Positions 20,918 to 30,929 are shown, counted from the first letter of the stretch. The stretch is DNA of 51,781 nt from Sulfurihydrogenibium sp. (GCF_027448985.1 NZ_DAIDMN010000001.1:1-51781), one strand, 5' to 3'. Translations and numbers: made by a program. The notes: generated by a model not told the origin, from the sequence alone.

Positions 20918-21790
20918 GTGATAAACAAAATTAAAACTTACCTTGAACTGATTAAATTTTCTCATACAATCTTTGCTATTCCTTTTGGAATTTCATCAGT
21001 TTTTATAGTAGAAAAATCAATTCCTTCATTGGAAAAATTGTTTTGGATTTTATTAGCTTTGATATTTGCAAGGACAGCCGGAATGGCTTTTAACAGGTAT
21101 ATAGATGTTCCTATCGATAAAATGAACCCAAGGACCAAAAACTGGCCTTCTGTAAAAGGTGAAGTAAAACCTTGGGAAATGATGGTTATTGGTCTTATTT
21201 CTTCAATACTTTTTATGTATACTGCTTACAAGTTGAATATGCTTGCTTTTTGGCTTTCTCCGATTGTTGTTTTACTTTTACTGATATATCCGGCTGGAAA
21301 GAGATTTACTCAGTACGTTCACCTAATTTTAGGAATGGTTTACTTTTTAATACCTGTTGCTGTATCTATAGCTTTAAAGGGTTATGTTGAGCTATCAGCT
21401 GTTATGCTTGGGTTGGCTATGGCTTTTTGGGTATCCGGATTTGATATTTTATACGCACTGCAAGATTACGAATTTGATAGAGCTTTTGGAATATACTCTA
21501 TACCTGCAAAATACGGAGTAAAGAATGCAATTATCATAGCAAGACTTTTTCACTTTTCAACCTTTATCTTTATAGTTCTAACAGGGATAACATCCGGATT
21601 AGGCTTGATTTACTTTGTAGGAGTGTTTATCCTTAGTGGATTTTTAATTTATGAACATCTTTTAATAAAGGAGAATGATTTATCAAAGATAAACAAAGCT
21701 TTTTTTACAGTTAACGGATTTGTAAGTATAATATATATGTTTTTTGTTATTGCAGACCTATACTTAGGAGGATTATTATGGAAAATGTAA
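20918..21790 (+). CDS. UbiA-family prenyltransferase (MqnP-like)
   Basis: KFSHTIFA, NRYIDVPIDKMNPRT, GFDILYALQD motifs, multiple TM. Confidence 0.9.
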   Translation: MINKIKTYLELIKFSHTIFAIPFGISSVFIVEKSIPSLEKLFWILLALIFARTAGMAFNRYIDVPIDKMNPRTKNWPSVKGEVKPWEMMVIGLISSILFMYTAYKLNMLAFWLSPIVVLLLLIYPAGKRFTQYVHLILGMVYFLIPVAVSIALKGYVELSAVMLGLAMAFWVSGFDILYALQDYEFDRAFGIYSIPAKYGVKNAIIIARLFHFSTFIFIVLTGITSGLGLIYFVGVFILSGFLIYEHLLIKENDLSKINKAFFTVNGFVSIIYMFFVIADLYLGGLLWKM

Positions 21791-22203
21791 TGGACATAAT
21801 GAAAGTTTTACCCCATAGATACCCATTTTTGTTGGTAGATAGGATACTGGAAATTGATGTAGAGAATATGAAGATAAAAGCTTTAAAAAATGTTACTTAC
21901 AACGAGCCTTTTTTTGTTGGACACTTTCCGGATAACCCAGTTATGCCCGGTGTTTTGATAATAGAAGCTATGGCACAGGTTGGAGCTTATCTAATGTTAA
22001 AGAAAGCCAATATAACAAACGGAACAGTTTTATTTGCCAGTATAGAAGAAGCAAAGTTTAGAAAACCTGTAGTTCCCGGAGACCAGATAATATTTGAAGT
22101 AGAAGGAATAAATATAAAGAAATCTATGGGAAAGATAAAAGCGGTAGCAAAAGTGGACGGTCAAGTAGTCTGTGAAGCCATTTTGATGGCAGCAGTAAAA
22201 TAA
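21778..22203 (+). CDS. fabZ: 3-hydroxyacyl-ACP dehydratase
   Basis: LPHRYPFLLVD, GHFP, PVMPGVLIIEAMAQ. Confidence 0.97.
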   Translation: MENVMDIMKVLPHRYPFLLVDRILEIDVENMKIKALKNVTYNEPFFVGHFPDNPVMPGVLIIEAMAQVGAYLMLKKANITNGTVLFASIEEAKFRKPVVPGDQIIFEVEGINIKKSMGKIKAVAKVDGQVVCEAILMAAVK

Positions 22204-22213
22204 ATCTAAAAAT

Positions 22214-22489
22214 ATGAAACTAAAAAAGTTTTTTAGCTTACTAATAGGTTTATACCTATTATTTGCAAACTCACTGACTTTAACACACCACCATGAAGAC
22301 CATAAAACCCATCCGGACTGTCAAGTTTGTGTATTACAACTAAATCAACAATCTGAAGACCCAAACGATTTAACCTTTAACTTTGAAATTAAAAATTTTG
22401 AAGAAAAACACATATCAAAACCTCAAACATATTATATCAAGAAAGAAATACCTCTAAGCATCCTTCCACGAAGTCCTCCTCTCTTTTGA
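22214..22489 (+). CDS. DUF2946/CruR-like exported uORF with His cluster, CxxC and C-terminal RSPP
   Basis: Signal-like N-terminus, HHHEDHKTHPDCQVC, ends PRSPPLF; directly upstream of metal-uptake genes. Confidence 0.8.
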   Translation: MKLKKFFSLLIGLYLLFANSLTLTHHHEDHKTHPDCQVCVLQLNQQSEDPNDLTFNFEIKNFEEKHISKPQTYYIKKEIPLSILPRSPPLF

Positions 22490-22540
22490 TTCTTACAAAA
22501 CTTTCTAACACTTTTTAACCAAAAAATTTTAGAGAGGAGG
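22475..22540 (+). promoter_or_regulatory. anti-SD/SD pairing that can sequester the RBS of the 22548 gene
   Basis: CCTCCTCTCT (22475-22484) is the exact reverse complement of AGAGAGGAGG (22531-22540). Confidence 0.75.
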
Positions 22541-22547
22541 TATTACT

Positions 22548-23966
22548 ATGAAAAAGTATTTGATTACAGCTTTAATACCATTTTTAACAGCAACTGCATC
22601 AGAAGTTGATGAGTTAAAAAAACAACTTGAAAAACAACAACAAATCATTCAACAACTCCAAGAAAAGGTAAAACAACTTCAAGACCAGCAGGAGATACTT
22701 CAACAAACCAGAGGAAAACTCCAAAACGTTGACGGAAGGGACCCTTTTGAAAAGATGTTATCTAATCCATTTTCACAAGCAAAATTTGTTCCGGATATAT
22801 CCTTACTGTTAGACTTTTCTTACGTAAGTAGAAACCTTACAGATGACACTTATAAACAAGTTCAAATACCCGGATTTAACCATGGACTTTTCCACTCCCA
22901 TGATGGACATGAGGGAGAAGGTCCATACAATCCGGAAAGAGGATTTAACCTAAACTACGCTCACCTTTACATCGCCCAAACTGTAGACCCATACTTTGAT
23001 TTAGTTGGTATATTCCACCTAAGAGAAAGTGCTTTTGAGATAGAAGAAGCTTATATAAAAACACGTCAACTACCTTACAACTTAGGACTAAAGCTTGGGA
23101 AGTTTTACAGTAAATTTGGAAGGCTAAACGAGAAACACCACCACTACTGGGACTTTGTAGATGCACCACTTATATACTACTCAATTTTTGGTCCTCACAA
23201 CTTACTTGAAAAAGGCTCTCAGTTGACTTGGCTTGCACCTACACCTTTCTTCTTACAATTTGGACTTGAAATCCTTCAAGGAGATAACGAAAACAACTTC
23301 AACAGGAATGGTTTTACCGTAAACACAAAGCAAAATGGTTCAGGAGATAACATTAAAATATCAGATACCAAAAAACCTAACCTGTATGTTTTTTATGTGA
23401 AACCATCTTTTGACATAGGTAATGTTTCCATACTCTCAGGACTATCCTACGCCCAAGGTGGAACAAGAATTGACCATCTTACAGATGATACACCTCATGC
23501 CATATCAGGTACAACTAAAATTTACGGAGCTGACCTTACAGTCAGGTACAACATAGACTCTTACAGGTATATAACTTGGCAGTCAGAGTACATATACAGA
23601 AAGTTTGACGGAACAAGGTATGGTTATAACAATGTTGGAAATCTTATAACACCTTCATTGGAAAAGAAACAGGGAGGATTTTACTCTCAAGTTGTTTACA
23701 AGTTTGACCAAAGATGGAGAACAGGTGTAAGGTACGACCTTATAAACAAAAACGATGTAATATTAAATGGAGTAAACCAAAATCAACCTGACAACCTTTA
23801 CAGATACTCGTTTATGATAGACTTTTTACCTTCGGAGTTTTCAAGGATAAGACTTCAATACAACTACGACAAAAGTCTATTTTTAGAAAATGAAAGAAAA
23901 CCAAACCAAGAGATTATCTTACAGTTTAACATTGCCATCGGAGCTCACGGAGCCCATGGATTTTAA
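22548..23966 (+). CDS. outer-membrane beta-barrel metal-uptake protein (His-rich, N-terminal coiled coil)
   Basis: Signal peptide, coiled coil, HSHDGHE, IEEAY, FGRLNEKHHH, PSEFSRIRLQY, C-terminal GAHGAHGF. Confidence 0.8.
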   Translation: MKKYLITALIPFLTATASEVDELKKQLEKQQQIIQQLQEKVKQLQDQQEILQQTRGKLQNVDGRDPFEKMLSNPFSQAKFVPDISLLLDFSYVSRNLTDDTYKQVQIPGFNHGLFHSHDGHEGEGPYNPERGFNLNYAHLYIAQTVDPYFDLVGIFHLRESAFEIEEAYIKTRQLPYNLGLKLGKFYSKFGRLNEKHHHYWDFVDAPLIYYSIFGPHNLLEKGSQLTWLAPTPFFLQFGLEILQGDNENNFNRNGFTVNTKQNGSGDNIKISDTKKPNLYVFYVKPSFDIGNVSILSGLSYAQGGTRIDHLTDDTPHAISGTTKIYGADLTVRYNIDSYRYITWQSEYIYRKFDGTRYGYNNVGNLITPSLEKKQGGFYSQVVYKFDQRWRTGVRYDLINKNDVILNGVNQNQPDNLYRYSFMIDFLPSEFSRIRLQYNYDKSLFLENERKPNQEIILQFNIAIGAHGAHGF

Positions 23967-23991
23967 AAAGACTTCAAGAAGGAGGTAGGAA

Positions 23992-24885
23992 ATGAAAAAG
24001 TTTGTATTTTTAATACTGACATTTATAACAGTAATCGGTAGTGCAAAAGCACAGTTGAAAGTTGTTACAACCTATCCTTACATAGCAAGTATTACAAAGG
24101 AGATAGTTAAAGATAAAGCTAAGGTGGATTATTTAGCATCCGGAAACCTTGACCCTCACTTTGTAGTACCAAAGCCTTCTTTATCTGTAAAACTAAGGGA
24201 TGCTGACTTGCTTATAATAAACGGAGTATCTTTAGAAATTGGTTGGCTTCCTCCTCTTCTAAACCAAGCTAACAATGGTAAAATACAGCCTTCATCTTCC
24301 GGATTTTTAGACTTATCTTTATTTGTAAAGTTGATTCAAAAACCTGAGAGTGTGTCAAGAGCTATGGGAGATGTTCATCCGGAAGGAAATCCCCACTTTC
24401 ACTTGGACCCTTATAACATTCCTTTGTTGTCGGATGCCATCACCTCAAAACTGTGTAAACTTGACTCTCAAAACTGCCAATTTTATCAAGATAACAACAA
24501 AACCTTCAAAGCAAGATGGAACGAAAAAATAAAACAGTGGAACACATCTATGGAAAAAGTAAAAGGAGTAAAAGTTGTTGAGTACCATAAACTTTTTGAC
24601 TACTTTTTAAACAGGTACCAAATGGTTGTAGCTGGTACTATAGAGCCTCTTCCAGGTATTCCACCTACAGCAAAACACCTTGAAAATCTCATTCAAACTA
24701 TTAAAACCGAGAAAGTAAGTCTAATACTGCAGGATGTTTACCATCCTTTAAAACCAGCTCAATTTTTAAGTGAAAAAACATCTGTAAAGTACGTTATCCT
24801 CCCTCATGATGTTGGAGCTGTGAGTGAAGCAAAAGATATATTCTCACTTTTTGATGAAATAGTAAAGAGGATAACAAATGATTGA
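23992..24885 (+). CDS. ZnuA/TroA-family metal-binding periplasmic protein
   Basis: VVTT, DPHFV, LEIGWLP, GDVHPEGNPHFHLDP. Confidence 0.92.
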   Translation: MKKFVFLILTFITVIGSAKAQLKVVTTYPYIASITKEIVKDKAKVDYLASGNLDPHFVVPKPSLSVKLRDADLLIINGVSLEIGWLPPLLNQANNGKIQPSSSGFLDLSLFVKLIQKPESVSRAMGDVHPEGNPHFHLDPYNIPLLSDAITSKLCKLDSQNCQFYQDNNKTFKARWNEKIKQWNTSMEKVKGVKVVEYHKLFDYFLNRYQMVVAGTIEPLPGIPPTAKHLENLIQTIKTEKVSLILQDVYHPLKPAQFLSEKTSVKYVILPHDVGAVSEAKDIFSLFDEIVKRITND

Positions 24886-25612
24886 CCTTCTTCTACCACC
24901 TCTTTTACTTAGTTTAGTTTTACTTGTAATCCACAGTTATTATGGGCTTGAAATTATAAAAAGAAACATCATTTTTACAGACCTTGCAGTTGGACAGATG
25001 GCAGCCGTTGGGGTTGCCGTCTCCCTTTACCTTTTTGAAGGACAATACCTTTACTTATTTTCTCTTTCTTTTGCACTTATAACATCTTTGCTAATAGCTT
25101 ATGTAAGCCATAAAGAAAATCTGTCTCAGGAAGCTTTTATAGGTTTGATTTACGCTCTTGGAACATCCTTAATATTTATAGTTATGTCAAAATCTCCCCA
25201 TGGATTAGAAGAACTCAACAACCTTTTAGCTTACGACATACTTTTTACTTCCTACAATGAAGTTTTTAAGGTATCTTTACTTTATCTGTTAATAGGTGTT
25301 TTTATTTACTTTGTTGTTAGTAGATTATCCGGATTTAGGAGAGAGTTGGCATTTTTCACAACATTTGCCATAACCTTAACAAGCTCTGTAAAGTTAGCAG
25401 GTGTTTTTGTTGTTTTTTCCATTTTGATATCTCCAACTTTTATATCACTTAAATTATTCAAAAAAAATCATATTCTATACTCTATCTTGGTGGGTATGGT
25501 ATTGATATTCCTTTCTTTATTAATATCTTACAACTTTGATTTTCCAACAGGGTATACAATAGTATTTATTAACACTCTATTTGCCATAGTGTTGTCAATC
25601 TTTAAAAAATGA
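24878..25612 (+). CDS. ZnuB-like (ABC-3) metal permease
   Basis: IIFTDLAVGQMAAVG, EAFIGLIY, GVFVVFSILISP; hydrophobic throughout. Confidence 0.85.
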   Translation: MIDLLLPPLLLSLVLLVIHSYYGLEIIKRNIIFTDLAVGQMAAVGVAVSLYLFEGQYLYLFSLSFALITSLLIAYVSHKENLSQEAFIGLIYALGTSLIFIVMSKSPHGLEELNNLLAYDILFTSYNEVFKVSLLYLLIGVFIYFVVSRLSGFRRELAFFTTFAITLTSSVKLAGVFVVFSILISPTFISLKLFKKNHILYSILVGMVLIFLSLLISYNFDFPTGYTIVFINTLFAIVLSIFKK

Positions 25613-25649
25613 TAAAATTTTATTAAAAGCTAAAAATAGAGGTAGTAAA

Positions 25650-26138
25650 ATGAAAACCATAGAAGTATCAAAAGAACAGTTAAAACAGTTATACGATAAG
25701 GATTATCCTCTGTGGGTAGATATAAACCTCCAACTGCTAAAAGACAAGGCTTACGAGTTGGTGGACTGGGACAACCTACTTGAGGAGATAGAAGATATGG
25801 GAGCAAGACACTTAGAGGCTTGTGTCAGCTATTTAGCTGTTATTTTAGAACATCTGTACAAGTTGGATAACTTCAAACATTTAGCTGGTGGTAATACAGC
25901 CGGAAAAAGCTGGGAAAGGAGTGTAAGAAATGCAAGAAGAGAGTTAAAAGTACTTTTGGAAGATTATCCAAGTTTACAATATAAACTTCCCACTGAAATT
26001 GATAGAGCTTGGAGACATGCGGTAGTTAAGTTGAAAAATTGGCTTGATGAAAACGATAAAAATCCAGATGATTACAACTTTCCTCAAAAATGCCCGTACA
26101 CATACGAAGAAGCTTTAAATAGAAGTATTGAAGATTAA
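25650..26138 (+). CDS. DUF29-family protein
   Basis: LYDKDYPLW, DWDNLLEEIEDMG, LEHLYK, PSL, FPQKCPYT motifs; GAGGT SD. Confidence 0.88.
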   Translation: MKTIEVSKEQLKQLYDKDYPLWVDINLQLLKDKAYELVDWDNLLEEIEDMGARHLEACVSYLAVILEHLYKLDNFKHLAGGNTAGKSWERSVRNARRELKVLLEDYPSLQYKLPTEIDRAWRHAVVKLKNWLDENDKNPDDYNFPQKCPYTYEEALNRSIED

Positions 26139-27220
26139 ACTCTTTTCAATTCATTCACAAATTTACTTAACACTTTTTCCTTTGTATACTTTTCTAAAAA
26201 CTCATTGTAAGCGTTTTGTGTTATCTTTTGATAGAGTTCTTTATCTGATAGAACATTTTTAACTTTATCAACAACCTCATCTACATTATCTTTTTTTGCA
26301 ATTAATCCGGATTTATAGTCTTCTACCAAGTACTTTAGATTTTCAACGTCGTAAACTACCACAAGACTTTTTACAGCAAAACCTTCTACAACCGTCCTTC
26401 CAAAACTCTCTTCTCCTTTGGATAGTACCATTACAACATCAGATGCTTTTAGATATTTATGGGGTTGTGTTGTGTTTCCGGTTGTAATTAATTTTTCATA
26501 TAAACCATACTCTTTAAATTTCTCAACAACTTGATTAAAATCTGTCCCATCTCCTATTATCAAAAATCTTAAATTACCAAAACTTTCATTTAGTTTTTTA
26601 CATACTTCAACATAATCAAATACACCTTTTCCTCTATTTACTTTACCTATGAATGTTATTACTTTTTCTTCCGATGTAATGTTTAGCTTCTTTCTGATTT
26701 CTTCTTTCTCTATTGGATTGTAATAAAATTTTTCCTCGTCTATAAAGTTTGGTAAAACTACTATCTTTTCTTGTGGAATTCCATCTTTTAACAGTCTTTG
26801 TTTACTTGCCTGACTTACCGCAAATATTTTATCTACATTTGGTAGAATAAACTTTTTATTAAAAAATGGTTGGTAGTTAAGCATATGGCGAAATAGTATT
26901 ATCTTTGCCCGGGATACTTTACCTGCTAAAAATGTGTTTATGTACTCGTTCCCGTTGTTTCCTACTATAAAATCCGGATTTAACTTTTTTGCTAATGAAA
27001 TAAGCTTTATCGTGTTTATCGGTGAAAACTCAGATTTCAACGTTATATAGTACTTGTTTTTATCTGATGTGTTTTTATCTACAAAGCTACCTTTTGCAAC
27101 AGCTTTATAAAGTATTATATCCGGATAGTACTTTTCTATGTTGTTTATAAAGTCTATTGAGTGAAGTTCTGTACCTCCAGGATTTGGATTTGGGTTTGCG
27201 TTCAACCAAAGTAGTTTCAT
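26135..27220 (-). CDS. GT4-family glycosyltransferase
   Basis: GGTE, AVS, KG, ESFGRTVVEG (EX7E); start at ATG 27220 overlapping the upstream stop (ATGA). Confidence 0.9.
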   Translation of the reverse strand: MKLLWLNANPNPNPGGTELHSIDFINNIEKYYPDIILYKAVAKGSFVDKNTSDKNKYYITLKSEFSPINTIKLISLAKKLNPDFIVGNNGNEYINTFLAGKVSRAKIILFRHMLNYQPFFNKKFILPNVDKIFAVSQASKQRLLKDGIPQEKIVVLPNFIDEEKFYYNPIEKEEIRKKLNITSEEKVITFIGKVNRGKGVFDYVEVCKKLNESFGNLRFLIIGDGTDFNQVVEKFKEYGLYEKLITTGNTTQPHKYLKASDVVMVLSKGEESFGRTVVEGFAVKSLVVVYDVENLKYLVEDYKSGLIAKKDNVDEVVDKVKNVLSDKELYQKITQNAYNEFLEKYTKEKVLSKFVNELKRV

Positions 27221-27885
27221 AGTAAAACTTTCCATAAAAACTGTGGTAAAATCCAATGTCCAAAAACTGTAACTCTTTTTATTTCAAACATATCTTTACT
27301 TTCTTCAAAAGTACCGTGTTTAGTTGTAAAAGCCATCTTGTATCCTGCATCAATTACCATCTCTTTTACTTTTTGGTTGTAATCTCCATAAGGATAACAG
27401 AAAGTTTTTATCTCTACACCAAGTTTGTCTTCTAAAATTTTCTTTGAGTCTTCTATCTCTGCTTTTGCTGTTTTTTCCGGAATCTTTGTTAAAAAAGGAT
27501 GGGTTATTGTGTGGGAACCTATCTCAAATCCTTCACTTACTAAAAACTTTATCTCTTCCCAATCCATCAATGGCTTTTTTACATTTAGTTTTTTCCAGTC
27601 CCATAGGTTGTACTTGTCTGTTAATCCGGCTACAACGAATATTAAAGCTTTTGCTTGGTACTTTTTTAAGGTAGGGTATGCGTTTTTTATAAAATCTCTG
27701 TATCCATCGTCAAATGTAAGTAAAACTGCATTTTTACTTTTATCTATCTCGTTAGATAAAACAGTATTTTTAAATTTTTTCAAATACTTTATCTGATTTC
27801 TAAATTTATCCGGATTTACATACAAACTTTTTAACTTGGCTTCTTTGGGTGGATAGTCTATGTTGTGGTATGTTAAAACCTTCAT
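27217..27885 (-). CDS. polysaccharide deacetylase (CE4)
   Basis: LTYH, LTFDDGY, GSHTITHP, FCYPYG. Confidence 0.93.
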   Translation of the reverse strand: MKVLTYHNIDYPPKEAKLKSLYVNPDKFRNQIKYLKKFKNTVLSNEIDKSKNAVLLTFDDGYRDFIKNAYPTLKKYQAKALIFVVAGLTDKYNLWDWKKLNVKKPLMDWEEIKFLVSEGFEIGSHTITHPFLTKIPEKTAKAEIEDSKKILEDKLGVEIKTFCYPYGDYNQKVKEMVIDAGYKMAFTTKHGTFEESKDMFEIKRVTVFGHWILPQFLWKVLL

Positions 27886-27891
27886 AAAACA

Positions 27892-28740
27892 CTAAGATAG
27901 AAAATCCTGTAGATGTTTTTTTAAAGCTAAGGCTTTTAATTTTTTCAATGCTCTTTGTTCAAGCTGTCTTACTCTTTCTCTTGATATACCAAGCATTTCT
28001 CCCACTTCTTCTAAAGTTTTTGGCTCTACACCTTCCAGTCCATATCTTAATTTTATTATTTCTCTTTCTCTTTCATCAAGAACGTTAAGCATACCTTCTA
28101 ATTCTTTTTTTAAAGTTTCTTCTACCAACTCTCTTTCTACATCTTCTGTTCCTTTTTTGGATAAAATGTCAAGTAGGGTAAAGTCCTCTTCTCCACCTTC
28201 ACCAAGGGGCATATCCAACGATATTGGCTGTCTTACTATGGATAGGGCATTTTTGACTTTCTTAACAGATGTTTTTAACTCTTTTGCAATCTCTTCTTCC
28301 GTTGGCTCTCTACCTAACTCTTCTTTTAACTTTTCGTAAGTATCTTTAACCTTTGCAATAAATAAAGATTCTTTTATAGGTATTCTTAACGCTCCTGTTT
28401 GTTGAAAGATGGTTTGCATTATAGCCTGTCTTATCCACCATACAGCGTAGGAGATAAACTTTACGTTTTTTTCTGGATCAAACCTCTTTGCAGCTTCTAT
28501 AAGTCCAAGGTTTCCGGCTGCTATAAGGTCCGTTAAAGGAACTCCCCATCCCATAAAGTTTTTTGCAATACTTACAACAAACCTTAGATTACCTTCTATC
28601 AGCTTTTTTAAAGCTTCTTTATCTCCTTTCTTTGCACGGATAGCAAGCTCTTTTTCTTCTTCAGGAGAAAGCATCGGGTGCTTTCCCATCTGTTGCATGT
28701 ATAACTGTAATGTGGTTAGTTCTTTGTCTTGTTCAGCCAT
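27892..28740 (-). CDS. sigma70-family group-2 (RpoS-like) sigma factor lacking region 1.1
   Basis: NLRFVVSIAK, DLIAAGNLGL, FISYAVWWIRQAI, TLEEVG...SRERVRQLE. Confidence 0.92.
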   Translation of the reverse strand: MAEQDKELTTLQLYMQQMGKHPMLSPEEEKELAIRAKKGDKEALKKLIEGNLRFVVSIAKNFMGWGVPLTDLIAAGNLGLIEAAKRFDPEKNVKFISYAVWWIRQAIMQTIFQQTGALRIPIKESLFIAKVKDTYEKLKEELGREPTEEEIAKELKTSVKKVKNALSIVRQPISLDMPLGEGGEEDFTLLDILSKKGTEDVERELVEETLKKELEGMLNVLDEREREIIKLRYGLEGVEPKTLEEVGEMLGISRERVRQLEQRALKKLKALALKKHLQDFLS

Positions 28741-28816
28741 TTTGATTACCTTTTTAAAGTTAAGTTTATACCATTAAAATTATTTATAAAAGTTTAGCAT
28801 AAATCAATGAGATATC

Positions 28817-29395
28817 TCAATTTAGAAATTCTACACTACCATCTGAAAATTCAACCTTGTTAAACTGTATCTCAATCTTTAAGTCTTCTACAGGAGCGTC
28901 TTTTATGTACTTTAAGTTTGGTTTATCAGTTTCGTAAATTATCTCTATCGTTCTTCTGAATGTCTCTCCCGGTTTTATTTTATTTGACCTTATAAAGTCT
29001 AAAGGTTTGTAAACTTTTATTGGCTGAGTTAAAAGTTCGTTTCCGGATTTATCGTAAATTTTAAGGTTTCCGTATAAAACATCAACATCTTTTTTAAAGT
29101 TTGATGTAAAGTTGAAAACTAAAAGTATTTTGTCATCTCTATCGTAAAGTTTGTTTTCTCCTTTGTGAAACTTTTTCTGAATCATGGTGTATTCAACAGG
29201 TTTTACACCTTCTTTTAACAAGATAGGTTCTTTTTCTTTGCTTTGGATAACAGGTTTTCCTTCAAGTTGTAAAACTCTCTCTTCAAGTTGTTTTATTTTC
29301 TTTTCAAGATTTTCCACTCTCTCTTCCAACGATTGAGCAAAAGAAAAGCTGATTACCGATAAAACAGTTAATCCGGATAAAACTTTTTTCATCAT
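28817..29395 (-). CDS. hypothetical exported protein with N-terminal coiled coil
   Basis: Signal peptide (SFA/Q), LEERVENLEKKIKQLEERV; AGGAGG SD. Confidence 0.75.
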   Translation of the reverse strand: MMKKVLSGLTVLSVISFSFAQSLEERVENLEKKIKQLEERVLQLEGKPVIQSKEKEPILLKEGVKPVEYTMIQKKFHKGENKLYDRDDKILLVFNFTSNFKKDVDVLYGNLKIYDKSGNELLTQPIKVYKPLDFIRSNKIKPGETFRRTIEIIYETDKPNLKYIKDAPVEDLKIEIQFNKVEFSDGSVEFLN

Positions 29396-29408
29396 ATATT
29401 CCTCCTAT

Positions 29409-30929
29409 CTATATAAGGTTTTCGTTTACTTTGTAATTTACCGCTGTTATAATATGTTTTTGTAAAATTTCTTTACTTTCTTCTAAGTCAGCTATTGTCC
29501 TTGCTACTTTGATTATCCTGTGATAGGACCTTGCTGTAAGGTTAAATTTGTCAGCTGCAAGGTTAAGTGTATTTTTTGCCTCTTCTGATAAGTTTGCATA
29601 CTCTTGAATGTGAGATGGTGTCATTTGGCTGTTGAATTTGATTTTTTCATTTTTGAATCTATTTAGCTGAATTTCAACAGCTTTTAAAACTCTGTCTCTT
29701 ATCTGTTTTGAGCTTTCCTCTGGTGTGTTTGACGACAGCTCTTGGGTTTTTACTGGCATAACTGTAACGGATAAATCTATTCTGTCTAACAGTGGACCTG
29801 ATATTTTTCCAAGGTACCTCTTTATTTCAGCAGGAGTACATTTACACTCTTTAACAGGGTCAAACCTATAACCACAAGGACATGGGTTTGCTGCTGCTAT
29901 AAGTTGAAAGTTAGCTGGAAATTCTAACTTTCCGCTTGCTCGAGATATACTTACGACTTTATCTTCCAATGGCTGTCTTAACACTTCTAATGTTGACTTT
30001 TTAAATTCTGGAAGTTCATCTAAAAACAAAACTCCGTTGTGGGCTAATGACACTTCTCCCGGTTTGGGGTAGCTTCCTCCTCCTATAAGCGCTATATCAC
30101 TGATTGTGTGATGTGGGTGTCTAAATGGTCTGCATCTTACTATACTGTCTTTTAGTGTTCCGGCAACACTGTGGATTTTTGTTATTTCTATCGCTTCTTC
30201 AAAACTAAGGGGTGGAAGTATTGAGATGAATCTTCTTGCAAGCATGGTTTTTCCGGAACCTGGAGAGCCTATCATCAGTAAATTGTGAAATCCGGCTGCT
30301 GCTATCTCAAGGGCTTTTTTTACAGCGTACTGACCTTTTACCTCTGAAAAATCACCGTACTTATCTAAATTACACTCTAAAATTCTTTCAAAATTTATCT
30401 TTTCTGGCTCTTTTTTTAAATCTCCATTTAAAAATTCTAAAATATCCTTTAGATTTTCAAAACCGAAAACGTTAAGACCTTCTACAATTGCAGCCTCTTT
30501 TGCGTTATCTTTTGGAAGTACGAAGTTTTCAAAGCCTTCTTCTTTTAGTTTTATTGCTATCGGTAGAATACCTTTTACAGCTCTTAAATCTCCGTTTAGA
30601 GCAAGTTCTCCTATAAATGCGGTTTTTTGTAATTTAGATTGTTCTACAAATCCCGATGAAGACAAAATGCCTACAGCAATAGGTAAATCATACAGTGTTC
30701 CAACTTTTAATATATCTGCAGGAGCAAGGTTAACTGTTATTTTCTTTATAGGAAACTTTATACCTATATTTTCAATTGCAGATTTTACTCTTTCTCTACT
30801 TTCTTTTACAGCTGTATCTGGAAGTCCTACAGTTATAAACTGGGGAAGGCCTTGATTAATATTTACTTCTACATCAACAATGTAGCCGTTTATTCCAAAT
30901 GTCCCTCCACTTTTAACTACCGACAGCAT
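29409..30929 (-). CDS. comM: YifB/ComM Mg-chelatase-like AAA+ ATPase
   Basis: VGLPDTAVKESRERV, NLAPAD, GSPGSGKT, PGEVSLAHNGVLFLDELPEF, NPCPCG. Confidence 0.93.
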   Translation of the reverse strand: MLSVVKSGGTFGINGYIVDVEVNINQGLPQFITVGLPDTAVKESRERVKSAIENIGIKFPIKKITVNLAPADILKVGTLYDLPIAVGILSSSGFVEQSKLQKTAFIGELALNGDLRAVKGILPIAIKLKEEGFENFVLPKDNAKEAAIVEGLNVFGFENLKDILEFLNGDLKKEPEKINFERILECNLDKYGDFSEVKGQYAVKKALEIAAAGFHNLLMIGSPGSGKTMLARRFISILPPLSFEEAIEITKIHSVAGTLKDSIVRCRPFRHPHHTISDIALIGGGSYPKPGEVSLAHNGVLFLDELPEFKKSTLEVLRQPLEDKVVSISRASGKLEFPANFQLIAAANPCPCGYRFDPVKECKCTPAEIKRYLGKISGPLLDRIDLSVTVMPVKTQELSSNTPEESSKQIRDRVLKAVEIQLNRFKNEKIKFNSQMTPSHIQEYANLSEEAKNTLNLAADKFNLTARSYHRIIKVARTIADLEESKEILQKHIITAVNYKVNENLI

